A DNA stretch of 64,000 nt from Blastocladiella emersonii ATCC 22665 (Eukaryota > Fungi > Blastocladiomycota), in contig JANHCV010000007.1 of the NCBI GenBank assembly GCA_025594325.1, positions 186,001-250,000 on the forward strand. Direction: 5' to 3'. This document shows, piece after piece, positions 49,735-61,560 of the stretch; within the stretch, counting starts at the first letter, position 1, and each line of letters begins with the position of its first letter. The translations under genes were made by a program, and so were the position numbers. The notes beneath the pieces were generated by a model. It made no database searches. It was not told the DNA's origin and saw nothing but the letters and a program-made list of their open reading frames with translations.

Positions 49735-50058
49735 CCACTTGCTGTCGTGTCCTCTGAGGTTGTTGATCTTCTCAAGGTTTTTGTTGTCCTGCGGGCCCTC
49801 GTCCACCCTTCGTGTCTAGTAGATGTCGGGCTTCTTCTTCACCTGCTCTGTCACTAGTTTTGGTAACCCCGCGGGTTCATGAACTTCGTGCATCTGCGCT
49901 GAACCAGCGGAGACGCGTCGAGCATACAGCTTTCCTTGCGCGTCAATGAGCGCGAACACGGTCGACCACCATCAGCGACGCGATCAAGGACCGTATCCCT
50001 GAATCAAGAACTCGGTGGCAATGGAAGTAACACGTAGCAAAATCAGAAGTTCATTCAT

Positions 50059-52836
50059 TCAGCTCGCGCCAGTAAGCGCTGTGAGTGACCGAGTCCAGTT
50101 CGAGATACTATCCGCGAGAATCCGCTTGATGGGGAGCAGCCAGTCCCGCTTTGGCTTCGTCCTGGCGCAGAACCAGAATGAGGTCCAGCGACCTTCGGCG
50201 ATGCTGCGCACGAACTCGGGGAACGTGTCGGGCGTGCCGAACCCGATCACCTCGTCCGCGACGTGCCACCCGTCGCAGTGCGCGTCCACGCGGCGAAGCA
50301 GCGACTTGAACGCCCAGTCGGGAAGCCGCGGCGCGGCCGCCGCACGCGCAATCTTCGCAGTGACCGCATCAAGTCCGCCGCACAACGCGTCCAGCGAAGC
50401 CTTGAGGTCGGCGCCGCGATGGTATTTGCAAAGATAGCACTCGCGCTCGAAGGGCGCGTACTGAGAGTCCATGAGCAGCGTGTACTCGAGCACGATGATG
50501 GACCCGAACTTGATGTTTTGCTTGCGCCAGGATCGCGCCGTGTCGATCGAGCGGGCTGACGAGGCACTCTTTTCCTCGTACACGCCCGTCAGGTTGTTGA
50601 AGAGTAGCTTGTGGCACGTGCAGTCGGCCATGACTTGCTCGTCAAGAACGGCTTCAAGAAGCGTCGCCGGTGTGTCGTTCCAGTCGACCCAGATCGCGCG
50701 AGCGTAGTGCAGACCAAGCGGGTAAGCGTACACCTTGGTAAAGAGGAGCAACCGCGACGCGACGCTGACAGCCGGCTTCCGTGCGACAGCACCAGTAGGA
50801 GCCGCAAGCGAGTCGGCGAGATGATCAGGCAGCATCATGCAAAGCACATGAAGCGTCATCGGCTCGGTCGAGGTAGGAGCGCGGGTGCCGCGGCGAGAAG
50901 GCTTAGCGACGACTGAACTCCCAGTTGGCGCCGCACAGAGCTTGCGCAGCGTAATCGTGGGATCAGTAATCAAGCTGCTTGGCGAAACCTGCCAAATCTT
51001 AGTCTTGCCGCTGCTGGTGCTGCGCACGACCCAGAACGACAATTTCGCGATGATGTGGGCGTGGCGCACTGATTCGATGTACGAGCGCGCGTCGGCCCAC
51101 GGCGTGTCGGCCGCCATGCGGAAATGCGTGAGTCCGGGATGCATTGTCGCGTTGTCAAAGTCCCACAAACCGGGTCCGCAGTAATACCGCGAGATCGCGT
51201 GTTCCCAGTGGACATGGACGTGAACCGTGGGCACGCCGCGGCCGACCATTGGAGCGGGAATGAGTGCTGGGCTGATAGGAATCAAGTCTCGAGTGGGGTC
51301 GACAGGAGGCGAAATCGCGGGAAGTGCACGGTTGAAAGCTTCGATAATCAAGTCCGCATCTCGGTTGACTTCGGGTGACGGTGTTTGGAGGCCTCTTGCA
51401 ACGATCCCGGCCGCCATTTGTCTCGCCAGTGGTGTGAACACCGCGCTCAGGGAATCAAAGTCGAAGTCGACGGGGTCAGTGGAAAACTCGGGCGTAGCGG
51501 GTGCGCAAGTCGGGAGCGTGATCGTACATGTTGCTGCAGAAATACAGGTGGAATCCTCCGTCTCTTTGGAGTCGCCGGGCTGGTCGAGAGCGATCGGTGC
51601 CGGCGAGTCAGCATGAGCACCCTCCGCCGGTCCGGCCTCAAAATCAGGCTCGTTTTCTGCGGAAGATGCAGAGCGCACGCTGGCGGCGTCGGGAAGGTTG
51701 CCGCTGGATCCAACGCTGAGCTGTGAATCAAGGTCGACAAGTGACTCAGGCTCGTCAGGATTGTCCTCTGGCGACATGTGATCAGCGGCCGCAAACTCGC
51801 CTAAACTCGGTAGCGACTCCGATTTGGGCTGAAGAACTGGTGAGCCAACGCTGCCCGAAAATTCGGCGAGGTCGTCTTCGACATTTGCGTCGGATTCTGC
51901 GTCACATGGTGACACCGGTGGCGAGCTGTGCGTACTGGAAGCTGACGAGAACCGATCGTCATGCGAAAGCGGGGAAGCAGGAGCGTCAAGTTCACCGGGA
52001 TCCATGTCAGAATTAAATGCCGATTCAGCGAGTTCCACGGACGGCAAGGCGAGGTCAGTCATGGTCGGATCAAGCAGAGTCGGTTCGAGATCGGAGACGG
52101 GATGCTGTTGGGGATCCACGGCGACGAAGGCAGCGGAGTTTTCGGGATTAAGCGATGTGTGACGAGCAAAGGCGGAATTGGACACGACGCTGTAAGCTTC
52201 TTCCGACAGGTTGCTGGCGAGGTCATTGGATTTCTGAAGCGAAGGCTGAAGGGTTGGATTGACAAAATCCCGAGATGACACTTTCTCCAAAGCAGTCGTG
52301 TCGGGAGCGCCGGCAAGGATCGCAGGGCGGAACGCAGCCGCCCAAACGTTTTCTACGGTTGCGTGAAGCATGTAGCTGTGCGCGATAAGTCGAAGTTGAC
52401 GCGCGTAGCTTGGCTCGATATGATGCATCGCGGCCAAGTGCCAGAGCCGATGAGGAACGCGAAGCGCGGAAAGGTCGATTTCAACGATTTGGATCCAAGT
52501 CTCGGGGTATTCCGAGGCACCAAGAACGGGAAGCACGAGTTTGCGAGCTTCACGAAGCGCAGCGAGCTCGCCCGGAAGAGCGTCTGCGAGTGGGGGTGCG
52601 TAGTGAAGCGGTGCCGCAGCGTAAGGCTGTTGCTGCTGTTGCTGCTCTTGGTGCAAGTAACCTTGTGCAAAGTGTGGACCAGGGAATCCTGGGGGCGCGG
52701 GCATCGAGTCGAGGCCAAACGGTGGGTCGGCCGCCCCGAAGAAGCCCGGCGGCGGCGCCATCGGGGTACATTGCGAGGCTATCCCGGCCCATGACGCCCC
52801 GTCGTATTGCATGGGGTTCCATCCATGAGCTGACAT
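50059..52836 (-). CDS. Orphan protein: long disordered acidic N-half, one or two ubiquitin-like domains, unknown C-terminal domain
   Basis: Intronless ORF, likely start MSAHGWNP at 52836. IWVDWNDTPATLLEAV..HKLLFN..IDTARSWRKQNIKFGSIIVLEY resembles ubiquitin [43 protein letters not shown]. Confidence 0.65.
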   Translation of the reverse strand: MSAHGWNPMQYDGASWAGIASQCTPMAPPPGFFGAADPPFGLDSMPAPPGFPGPHFAQGYLHQEQQQQQQPYAAAPLHYAPPLADALPGELAALREARKLVLPVLGASEYPETWIQIVEIDLSALRVPHRLWHLAAMHHIEPSYARQLRLIAHSYMLHATVENVWAAAFRPAILAGAPDTTALEKVSSRDFVNPTLQPSLQKSNDLASNLSEEAYSVVSNSAFARHTSLNPENSAAFVAVDPQQHPVSDLEPTLLDPTMTDLALPSVELAESAFNSDMDPGELDAPASPLSHDDRFSSASSTHSSPPVSPCDAESDANVEDDLAEFSGSVGSPVLQPKSESLPSLGEFAAADHMSPEDNPDEPESLVDLDSQLSVGSSGNLPDAASVRSASSAENEPDFEAGPAEGAHADSPAPIALDQPGDSKETEDSTCISAATCTITLPTCAPATPEFSTDPVDFDFDSLSAVFTPLARQMAAGIVARGLQTPSPEVNRDADLIIEAFNRALPAISPPVDPTRDLIPISPALIPAPMVGRGVPTVHVHVHWEHAISRYYCGPGLWDFDNATMHPGLTHFRMAADTPWADARSYIESVRHAHIIAKLSFWVVRSTSSGKTKIWQVSPSSLITDPTITLRKLCAAPTGSSVVAKPSRRGTRAPTSTEPMTLHVLCMMLPDHLADSLAAPTGAVARKPAVSVASRLLLFTKVYAYPLGLHYARAIWVDWNDTPATLLEAVLDEQVMADCTCHKLLFNNLTGVYEEKSASSARSIDTARSWRKQNIKFGSIIVLEYTLLMDSQYAPFERECYLCKYHRGADLKASLDALCGGLDAVTAKIARAAAAPRLPDWAFKSLLRRVDAHCDGWHVADEVIGFGTPDTFPEFVRSIAEGRWTSFWFCARTKPKRDWLLPIKRILADSISNWTRSLTALTGAS

Positions 52837-53035
52837 TGTGCAGGTAGATCCGCGTACAAAGGCGGCAGAGGCGCTCTGCTTGCGCCGCGGGGCCAGCCGC
52901 GGGGCCAGCCGCGGGCGGCGATCCGCCAAACTCGCATCATGTGACTTCACGCCATTCCCCGTCGCGTCTCGCACGCGTCGCGCCGCGCGGGGCCACAAAC
53001 GAGCTCCGGGCAAAGATTGCGCAGCACGAGCCAGT

Positions 53036-53126
53036 CGCACTGGGGACCGCGTGTCTGCATTCGATGGGCGTTGCGCACGGCGATCTCAAGGCCGACAACG
53101 TCCTCATTGATTCCTACCAGCCGTGA
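53036..53126 (+). pseudogene. Tiny protein-kinase catalytic-loop relic
   Basis: ALGTACLHSMGVAHGDLKADNVLID matches subdomain VIa-VIb. No DFG or other subdomains were found in frame. Confidence 0.55.
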
Positions 53127-53412
53127 TTGGATCACCAGCTTCCGCCGCTCGCGCACCTTTACCAACATGGAACAGCCGAACGCTTGCAAATCCGTCGACG
53201 CGCGGATAACATTCAACGTGATCGAAGCTGGCGCGCAGCTGATTTCGGACGTGGTCATTACGGCCCTGCCCGTGGACGCGGCGCCTGATGGTTCGAAGGA
53301 ATCGCTCGCCGTGTTAGCTGGCGCGCTGCAATTGACCCTTGTCATCGCAAGGGATTCAGGGCCGCAATAAAAAGCAACCAAAACAAACAAAACTTGATGC
53401 TAATATATGAAT

Positions 53413-56400
53413 CTACGCCCACGGCACCCGCGTCCGCTCCGCATTCATCTCGACCTCAGCCGTCCCCGCGGCCACAAACCGCGCGACCTGGACCTGTTCC
53501 TTGCCCAGGGTCACGGTCCGTCCGAGCACGCGCATCTCGAGCTCGCGCGCGGCGTGCAGCGTCGGCGCCACGAGCGGGTGCGCGAACACGACGTGCGTTG
53601 CGGACCCGAGCTTAGCGTGGGCGACGTGTCCCTCGGCGTGCATCACCGCGACCACGGGGCCCGCATGCGCGTCAAACGCGTTGGCCGCGGCCGTGAAGGT
53701 CACGGCATGCGTCGAGGTGCCGTCAATCACCTTGACGCCGACAACCCGCTCAATCGGGACCGAGAGCGCAGCGGCGAGACCCGCGTACTGCGTCCACACG
53801 ACGATCTTGGCGGTGGGCGACGCGGCGACCACGGACTGCACGTGCAGCGCGATGGCGCTCACCTTGGACCCGTACCCATAGACCGAGTAGGGCCCGCCGG
53901 GCGCGCGGGTCACGAGGCGTGGGTCGATGGGCGTAAGGCAGATGAAGCATCGCTCGGGGATCGGGCAGTTGGTGCAGACGATGTGCGCGCATGGCGTGAT
54001 GGAAAATGGTGCCCAGCTCGCATCGAAGACGTTGGGGCAGCACGAGCAGCGGACCAGTCCATTGCCGTTAGGTACGGCGAACGAGGCAGTGGGCCAGAAA
54101 GGCGGCGCCACCGTGACGTACGTATCGCGGTTGCGGATCGCGCGATAGAGACGGAGACGTGCCTCCTCAACGGACGCGACAAGAGAACCAAGTCGCGACT
54201 GGTCAAGGATCGACACATCGCCGAAGCGAGTTGCAGCCGGCGGTGGTGGGACAGGTCCAGCGAGTGGATCAGCAAGCTCAGACGCCGTAAGATCATTCCG
54301 CACAAGCCAAGCGCGACCAGCGGGCCACCCGCGGACTGCCTCCCGCGCAGCAACGAGTGCCGTGTTGAGAATTGTACGGGACGTACTGACAATCTTGTCG
54401 AGCCGCCCCTGCTCACCCGGACTCGCGTTGCGCAGCCACTCGGCGACGGCAGCAACCGTCAGCGCCACGCTGGAGGTCGACATGCCGTGCGCCGTAGCAA
54501 GCGAAGTGAGCTGGTGGTGCTGGAAGCCCTTGAGATACTCGCGCATCGTAAGCGGCGAGCTGCGCGCGGCCGACGCGTGCGCGAGGAGAATCTCGGCGGG
54601 CGTGGGCTGGACCGTGACGACTGTGTGCGCGACGGGGCGGTAAAGCCTCACGGATCGCGTGAAGCTGTACGTGATGTGGGCGAGAAAATCATCCTTCCCG
54701 TGCTTGTCGACCACAGGAACGCCGGGCGGAAGACTCGCAAGAAGCACCGCGTGGCGCTCGTGAACGTGGGCCAAGTCGCGGACAAAGACGGTGGACGTCG
54801 CGCGGAGCCCGGGGATGAAATCGGCGATGCGGCCCACAGTGCGCTTCTCAGCTTCGAAGCGCGCCTCGGCCGCGCGCTGCTTGACCTCCGCCTCCCGTCG
54901 CAGCTGGTCGCGCTGGAGGTAGTACTGGACGCGCAAGAGCACGGCGTTTTCCCCGGTGGGAACTGGAGGAGCAAAGCCATGCTGCGGTTTGGCCGGGGGT
55001 AATGGTTCCTTGGCCATTGCATCGAGATCCTAGATGGCGACGCGGTGGAACCATGTCCGCTCGAAAACGACCTCGCCGCGAGGCGGAGCGTAACTCGCGT
55101 GGCCCGCCGTGACAGCGTCGAGCGCCAGGTCGCTGAGTTGCTCCGCCAAGTCGTAGACGTGAGCTGAAGCCGAGGCCAAGAGGGAACCCGTGCACGCGGC
55201 CCCGGCGCGCGTCAGCGGACGCTGGTACTCGGTAGCGTCAACGACCGCGGCGACACGAAAGCGGTACTCGTCGGAAACAATCACGTTGACGTCGAGAAGC
55301 ACCACGTCGGCCAGCTGCAGGTCCTCCCACGAGAGCTGTGCGTGGTCAGCGATCGTTTTCACGGTCACGATACGCGCTGTAGCGCCGAGTGTCGATTGCA
55401 CGGTGACGAGAAGGCTGTCAAAATGGTTCGCGGGACAAAGCACGAGGGTAGCCCGCGACGGAAAGTAGCGGCCACGCGCGGCCTCGTCGTGGATTGCAAC
55501 GGCGTCAATGGCCGGGCAAGGCCGCGCATGAATAAGCGCGAGGAGAGACCAGGCATTGTTCTTGACAGGGCTCATGGAAGACAGACCGATCTGCATCGTC
55601 CGCGCATCGTAAGGATCGCGTGAAGCCGAGTCGCGCTCCGCGGACCAAACGTCGCGCTCGGCCCACTCGCCGAGGTGCGGGTTGAAGAGGACACCGCCCG
55701 GTCCAAGGCGAATGTACGGCCGCTTCGAAGCCGCGTCAGTTTCGGCGAAATCGTGAAGCGTTGGATCAGACTCGCGCTGAAAAAGCCACGCGAAGGCCCG
55801 CACGTCGTCCTCGTGCGGAGGAGCCTTGATACCAGAAAGCGCACCAAGTTTGATCCCGAACTTAAACTTGGATCCGGCGCTGAGCTTGGCGGCAGAAGGA
55901 ACAATCCAAGTCGGCGCAAGCTCCGACTTGATTCCAGCTTCGACGCGCTCGTTGAAGATCGGGAACAGCTTGACAAGACGCCTGAGCGCACGCAGCGCTC
56001 CAGGAACCTTACCGCGCAGGTCGCGGTTCAAGTCGGCGGTGCGCAGGTAGAACTGCCACTCGTAAGGAAAGTCGACCGCGACGAGCGGCGTCGAGGGGTA
56101 CGGCGTGCCGGCCACAGGCCGCACGAATGCGCGCAGGTAGCGCGCGATGGTACCGTCGGTCTCGTCGAACAGCGGGTGCCAAGACCGAGAAGAAGGCATG
56201 ACCAGATCGCCCGCCCGCACGGCCCATTGCGCGGGCCTGCGCTGAGACGAGCGCTCGGACGTGTTCGTTGAGTAGGCGATGGTGCGGCTGCTGGTCTTGG
56301 ACGAAGCAGGCGCGGGGTCGGCGTCAGCAAATACGGCATCCGAGGCGAGGAAGGGTAATAGCTTGATTCCGATCTTCGAAGATTTGAAGAGCAAGTCAAG

Positions 56401-57212
56401 TCCGTTCTGACGACGCGCATCTTTAAAGTACGGGTCGGCGTTGTAGGCTGCCGCAAAATCGGCGACCTTGAGCGAGCGCAAGTCCGCCGCGGTCCATGGC
56501 TCGGCGCGCGGCGGGAGCCGGTAGTAGACGGTCCGCGTGTCGCCAAGCAAAAACGAAACACATGGTTGATCGTGGTCGTTGGAGCGGTCAAAGATGAGCA
56601 CGGGTTCAAGTCGAAACTCCAACTCGGCAAGCACAGGCCGATCCGCGCCCTGCCATCCGAATGTTTTGGTATGCCGATCGCTAGGTTTAGGGAGGCGCAT
56701 CACCTGCAAGTTGCGAGAAGTGCCCAAGAAGAGGTCTAGAGAGAAACGAAGGATCAAAGTCAACCTTACTCACACGTGGAGCCGTGTTCAAGCGTACCAG
56801 GCTGATCATTGTTGCGCGGCGTAACGCCGATCCAAGCGTCGCTGTCCGGAAATCCAGAAGCAAGCACTGCGTCCTCGTCGGCGAGATGAAGCGACTCGAA
56901 CAGCTGGCGCGTGTCGTACGGGCCATGCGTAGACCCGCGTCTGAGGTTCTCTGCAGTTTCGGGGAACGGGACCCACCACCCCGACGCGGCCCGTTCGGCG
57001 TAGACCCGGCGCTCCAGCTCCTCGGCCGTCTGCGGCAAGGTGAGAGGATGGGCCGGTGCCGGTTGGTCAATCGGAAGCGGGACGTAAGGCTCGAAGGCAG
57101 GTGCTAGCTTGCGCCGTTTGGGAGTGCCCGGTGCTGAACGCGGGCGTTTCGCAGGCGAGGCGACGCCGACGCCGTTGGCCGCCGTCGGTTGGGCGCCAGG
57201 AGCGTAAGACAT
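53413..57212 (-). pseudogene. Rad5/Rad16-like SNF2-RING protein, copy 5 (single in-frame TAG)
   Basis: Exon 1 is 57212-56798 and the intron is 56797-56736. ORFs 55030-56763 and 53413-55017 are in the same frame, split by TAG at 55032-55030 (FHRVAI*DLDAM). RING is CSCC..CAHIVCTNC..CFIC. Confidence 0.7.
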
Positions 57213-57720
57213 GGTCAAAAACGTTGCAGCAAGTTCCGATCAGAGATACATGGGTTCGGCTGCTGCATGCAAGGGTGACGGAGAGAACGAACCCGGCCTT
57301 GATGGCTCGAAGGATCTGCGAACCTGAAACTTGAAGCTCCCGTGGACCGCGTGAGTGGCGCAGCGCGTCCTCTCCCCTCCTCCCCGCTTCCTTAGCTGCA
57401 ATTCGATCGGAGCACAAGTTACGATACTCAAGACACCTAAAATCTTCGCTTTTTGGTTTTCAATCGAGGGCCAAAGCCCGCGTCACGCTGGGTGCTCGCG
57501 CCGTGCGGGAGCACTATTGGGTCAGGCGCACGTTGAAAGAGCCCCGCGCATTGCCGCTGCAGCAGTGGGGAGCGCGAGGAACGATGAGCTTACGCAGGTG
57601 GCCGTACTTTTACTCGAATAACACGGCCTGCGCGTCCCGCTTCTCTTGCTTACCTCGTTGCAAGTCGATCGGAACAAAAAAGGCCTCGATTTCAACATAC
57701 AGCTCTGCTACATCACAATC

Positions 57721-60700
57721 TCAATCAATCTCCTCGATACGGCTGCTCGACGCGCGGTGCCGGGCCGGCGCCGGCGCTGGTGCCGCGTGGCGGTGAACGG
57801 GGGTCCCACCACCCTGTGCTGCCGCATACGCCGCCGCAGCAGCCGCCATCTTGGCCTCGGAGACGTCGTGCGACGGGTTGAGGCTCTGCTCGCGGTCCTG
57901 GGTCGGGTACAGCTGGATGAGCGACGTCCGCGTGAGCCTGGGCTTGAGCTTGGCGAAGAAAGCGGGATCGAACCCGAAATCGTTGTGAACCTCCTTGGAC
58001 GGTGCGGCGCGGTCGGCGACGTGCAGGTTCTCGAAGATGGTGACCATGTACGGGTCGGGGATCCGGAACGTGTACACGATGCTGTCGCCCTTGGCGGGCC
58101 GCAGCGTGCACTTGCGGGCGATCTGGGGCTTGAGCTGGGCCGTGGCCGGGTCCGCGCGCCGGCCGTCGTAGTCCGGGTGCTTGATGTAGCTGCAGTCGAG
58201 CACGGGCTTGTACCCGCGGGCGGCGTCGGGTGGCGGGACGACCGCGATGCGGTGCAGGAGGAACACGGCGGCGACCTTGCCCGTCTCGGCGGCGACGAGC
58301 TCGATGATGCGCGCACCCGCCCAGAACTCCTGGAACATGGTCCCGTAGATGGTGATGATATGCGTGGCGTGCATGAGCGCCATGTGCGTGCCGTGCGGCG
58401 ACCGCGCCACGAGCTTGGCCACGAGCTCCGAGTTCTCGACCGACACGGCGCGCATCATCACGTCCGACGCCGTGTGCTGCGGCCACGTCTGGTAGAGGTT
58501 GGACGGCGTGTACACGTCGCTGTAGTCGGGCAGGTTGACGACGAGCGGCGTGAGCCCGAACACGGGCGACGTCGGCGCAATGTACCGGTCCAGGACCAGC
58601 AGCACGCGGTCGTGCGGGTGCACCGATAGCGCCTTGATGGCCGTCAGCATGGCCGGCCCGCACCCGAGCTGCATCGCCTGCATCCGCGTGTGGTCGCCGT
58701 ACTTGACCATGATGGCCCCGACGGCCTTCTGCCGCGTCTCGAAGTCGCAGCACTTGATCGACCCGCTGCCGAGGTACGCGCGCGGGACGGCCAGCACGAG
58801 GTGGATCTCGGACGGGAGCTCGGCCACGTGCACCACGGTCAGCTCGAGGACGCGGCTGAGGACCGACGGACCCCGCGCGTTGATCGGGTCGAACCGCGTC
58901 ACGTTCGGGTAGTAGATGATGCCCGAGTACACGCCTGCGCGCGAGTCGGCGGGCACCGAGTCCGTCGTAGTACCCGTGAGCGGGACCGACTTGGCGTCCT
59001 CGGACAGAGACTGGTGCAGGCCGTGCACGAAGCGCGCACGCACCTCGAGGTCCTCGTCGCCGCCCGCGCCCTTAGCGACGTAGCGCGGGACGTACGTGGC
59101 GACGCGCAGCTTCTGGCCCTCATCGACCGACTTGGTAGCGAGGCTGCGGAACTGATGCATGATGCCGCCCATGCTGATCTCGAGGACCATGTGCGACAGC
59201 GGCGCCGCGGCGCGGACGGCGTTGAGTGCGGTGGCGTCAATGATGCCTTCGACGCGGTACACGTCCGTCTCAAAGCCCTTCTTCTTGCGGCCGCCGAGAT
59301 CGACCGGGAACCCGTACAGGATGGCCTGGGCCTGCAGCTCGGCGAGGCTCGCGGTGAGCACGCCGCTGTCGCCAAGCGCGTCCCACAGCTCGGGCATCGC
59401 GGGCCACGGCGCGAACGGCAGAATGTCGCCGCCGGTCCACGTCAGCCGGCTCGACGCAAGCGCGAAGCCGAGTAGCTTGATGAGCAGCGCCGCGGTCGCG
59501 TGCGGGCCAGCTACACATGCGAGAGTCAGTCAAGGTCCAGGGCAGTAATTGCGCCGGCAGCGTACCGCGACGGCCAGCCATGGCGACCGAATCGGGCCCG
59601 AGCAGCAGCTCAGCGCACCGAACAAACGCGTTAATAATGAACGGCGACTCGCGCAGCGAGATCGGGACCGTGGGCGTGGGAAGCTTGGCGAAAGTAAACT
59701 CCTGACGGCCGTCGACGCCGGCCTTGCTCGCGATCGCGGCCTGCTCAGTGTTCCACGTGAACGGCGTGGTGTGCGTCTGCCAGTGGTCCTGGACGGGGCG
59801 GTCGACTTGGGTGAGGCCCAGCAGCGTCGGGAACGCCTCGTGCGAGAGCCCCATGGTGCGGCGCAGGAACTCGCGGCGCGTCTTGGCAATGGCCCCGACG
59901 TGGTCGGTCGCTGTGAAGATGAGCGAGCGGTCGTGCTCCCAGTTGTTGGCCAGCAGCGGCGACGCGTGGACGAGGACGCTGAGCAGGCCGCACGTCTCGA
60001 TCGTCGCGCCCGTGTGCACCGCGTTGAACCACAGCGGGAGCACGCGGTCTGTCTCGATGGCCGTGTAGCTCGTTTGCCCCGCAAGCTGCATCGCGACGAG
60101 GCTCTCCATGACCGACGTCGGGTGCCCGCCGATCACGGCGAGGCGGCACCGGAACTGCGCGCGGCGGGTTTGGCAGCGTGGGCCACTCAGCAACGGGCGG
60201 GTAGGTGCCGGTCAGCGGCGCGGAGCTGGAGCCGGACCCGAATACATCAACGAGCGCGTTGACCCACAGCTCAAGGTCGCGCGCCATGGAGATGCGCGGG
60301 CCCGCGTACGGGTCAATGTGGAACACGTCGAGCGGCGTGACACCATAGGGCGCCGAAAAGCGGACGACGCCGGGATCGCAGACCGGGTACGCGGCGACGA
60401 GCATGGTCGGGTTCACGGACAGCGCCTTGGGCCGGGCGACGCCGCCGAAATCGAGGAAGGAGGTGCCCTCGGCGGCGAGCTTGCCGATATCGCGCTCGAG
60501 GTTCCACGGCTCGTCCTCGCCGTACGACCCCGTCATGACCTCCTTGCGCAGGCGGTGCATGACGGTCGCGGCCGCGAGATCGGCGTGACTTTTGACGCGG
60601 GGCCCCTTGCGGGCGCGCGCCGCGTCGTAGAAGGCGGTGCGCGCCTGGTCAAACTTGGCGGGCGACCAGCCGACGGCGAGCCACGACTCCCAGCACGCGC

Positions 60701-61298
60701 GGACACCGCGGCGCGTCGCGTCGTCGAGAACACGGACTTGCGCGTCGAGCGCGGTCCAGTCGGTCGCGAGACACGCGCGCATCTGCTCGGCCCAGAACGC
60801 GCGCGTCGCCGGGTCGAGGTACAGCGAGTAGGTGAGCTGGCCAACGTGCCGCGCGAGCGTCGTGACGGTGATGCGGTCGGTGATCTTGACCAGTGATACG
60901 GCGCGCAGGACAAGCAGGTTGCGCGCAAGCACCTCAAAGTGGGTGTCGCTGAGCACAAAATCGAGATTGGCGGTGCCGTACTTGCGCTTGGCCTCGCCGA
61001 CCGTGTGCGCCACGTCGCGCAGGTCGCCGCACTGGAAGACGAGCGCGCCGAGGTGCTTGCTCTCGCGCGGGTTGTGGTACATGAGCAGATCGCGCGGGAA
61101 CGACCGGCCGTAAGGAAGGTACGGGTCCGTCTCTTCATCGAGCGCCAGCGTTGCGCTCGTCTGCGTCGGCGGCGCAAGGGGGACCGAGGGCGCGTCGGAA
61201 GGCCCCGACGTCAGGCCCTCGTCGTGGCTGGCGGCAGCAAGGAGACCGCCGGCCGCTTTGCGGTGAGCTTTGGTTGACTTTCCTTTCTTCTGCTTCAT
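57721..61298 (-). CDS. DUF4470-like domain protein
   Basis: LVFQCGDLRDVAHTV..LDFVLSDTHFEVLARNLLVL matches the DUF4470 pattern (GCGDLRN..lnD..vlARN.l). Introns 60245-60155 and 59565-59511 join three ORFs in frame. Confidence 0.7.
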
Positions 61299-61560
61299 CG
61301 TAGTGCGTTTCGTGAGAGGCGATGGGAACAGCGCGACTCGTCGAGAGAAGAGACGGTGATTGACGAAACGCGTGGGAAGGCTGCTCACGTGGCCCTGGCG
61401 TGATTGATCGACGCGTCTCGCGGCACGGCAGGACCAGGTCGCTCCAGCTGTAAGACCTACCCTGCAAAGCTGATTGATGTCTCCCATGTCTCGCAATTTT
61501 TTATCTGGATCTTGTAGTGTCAGTAAAAGTTGTTTGTATTCAGCAGTGAATCATCTCATC

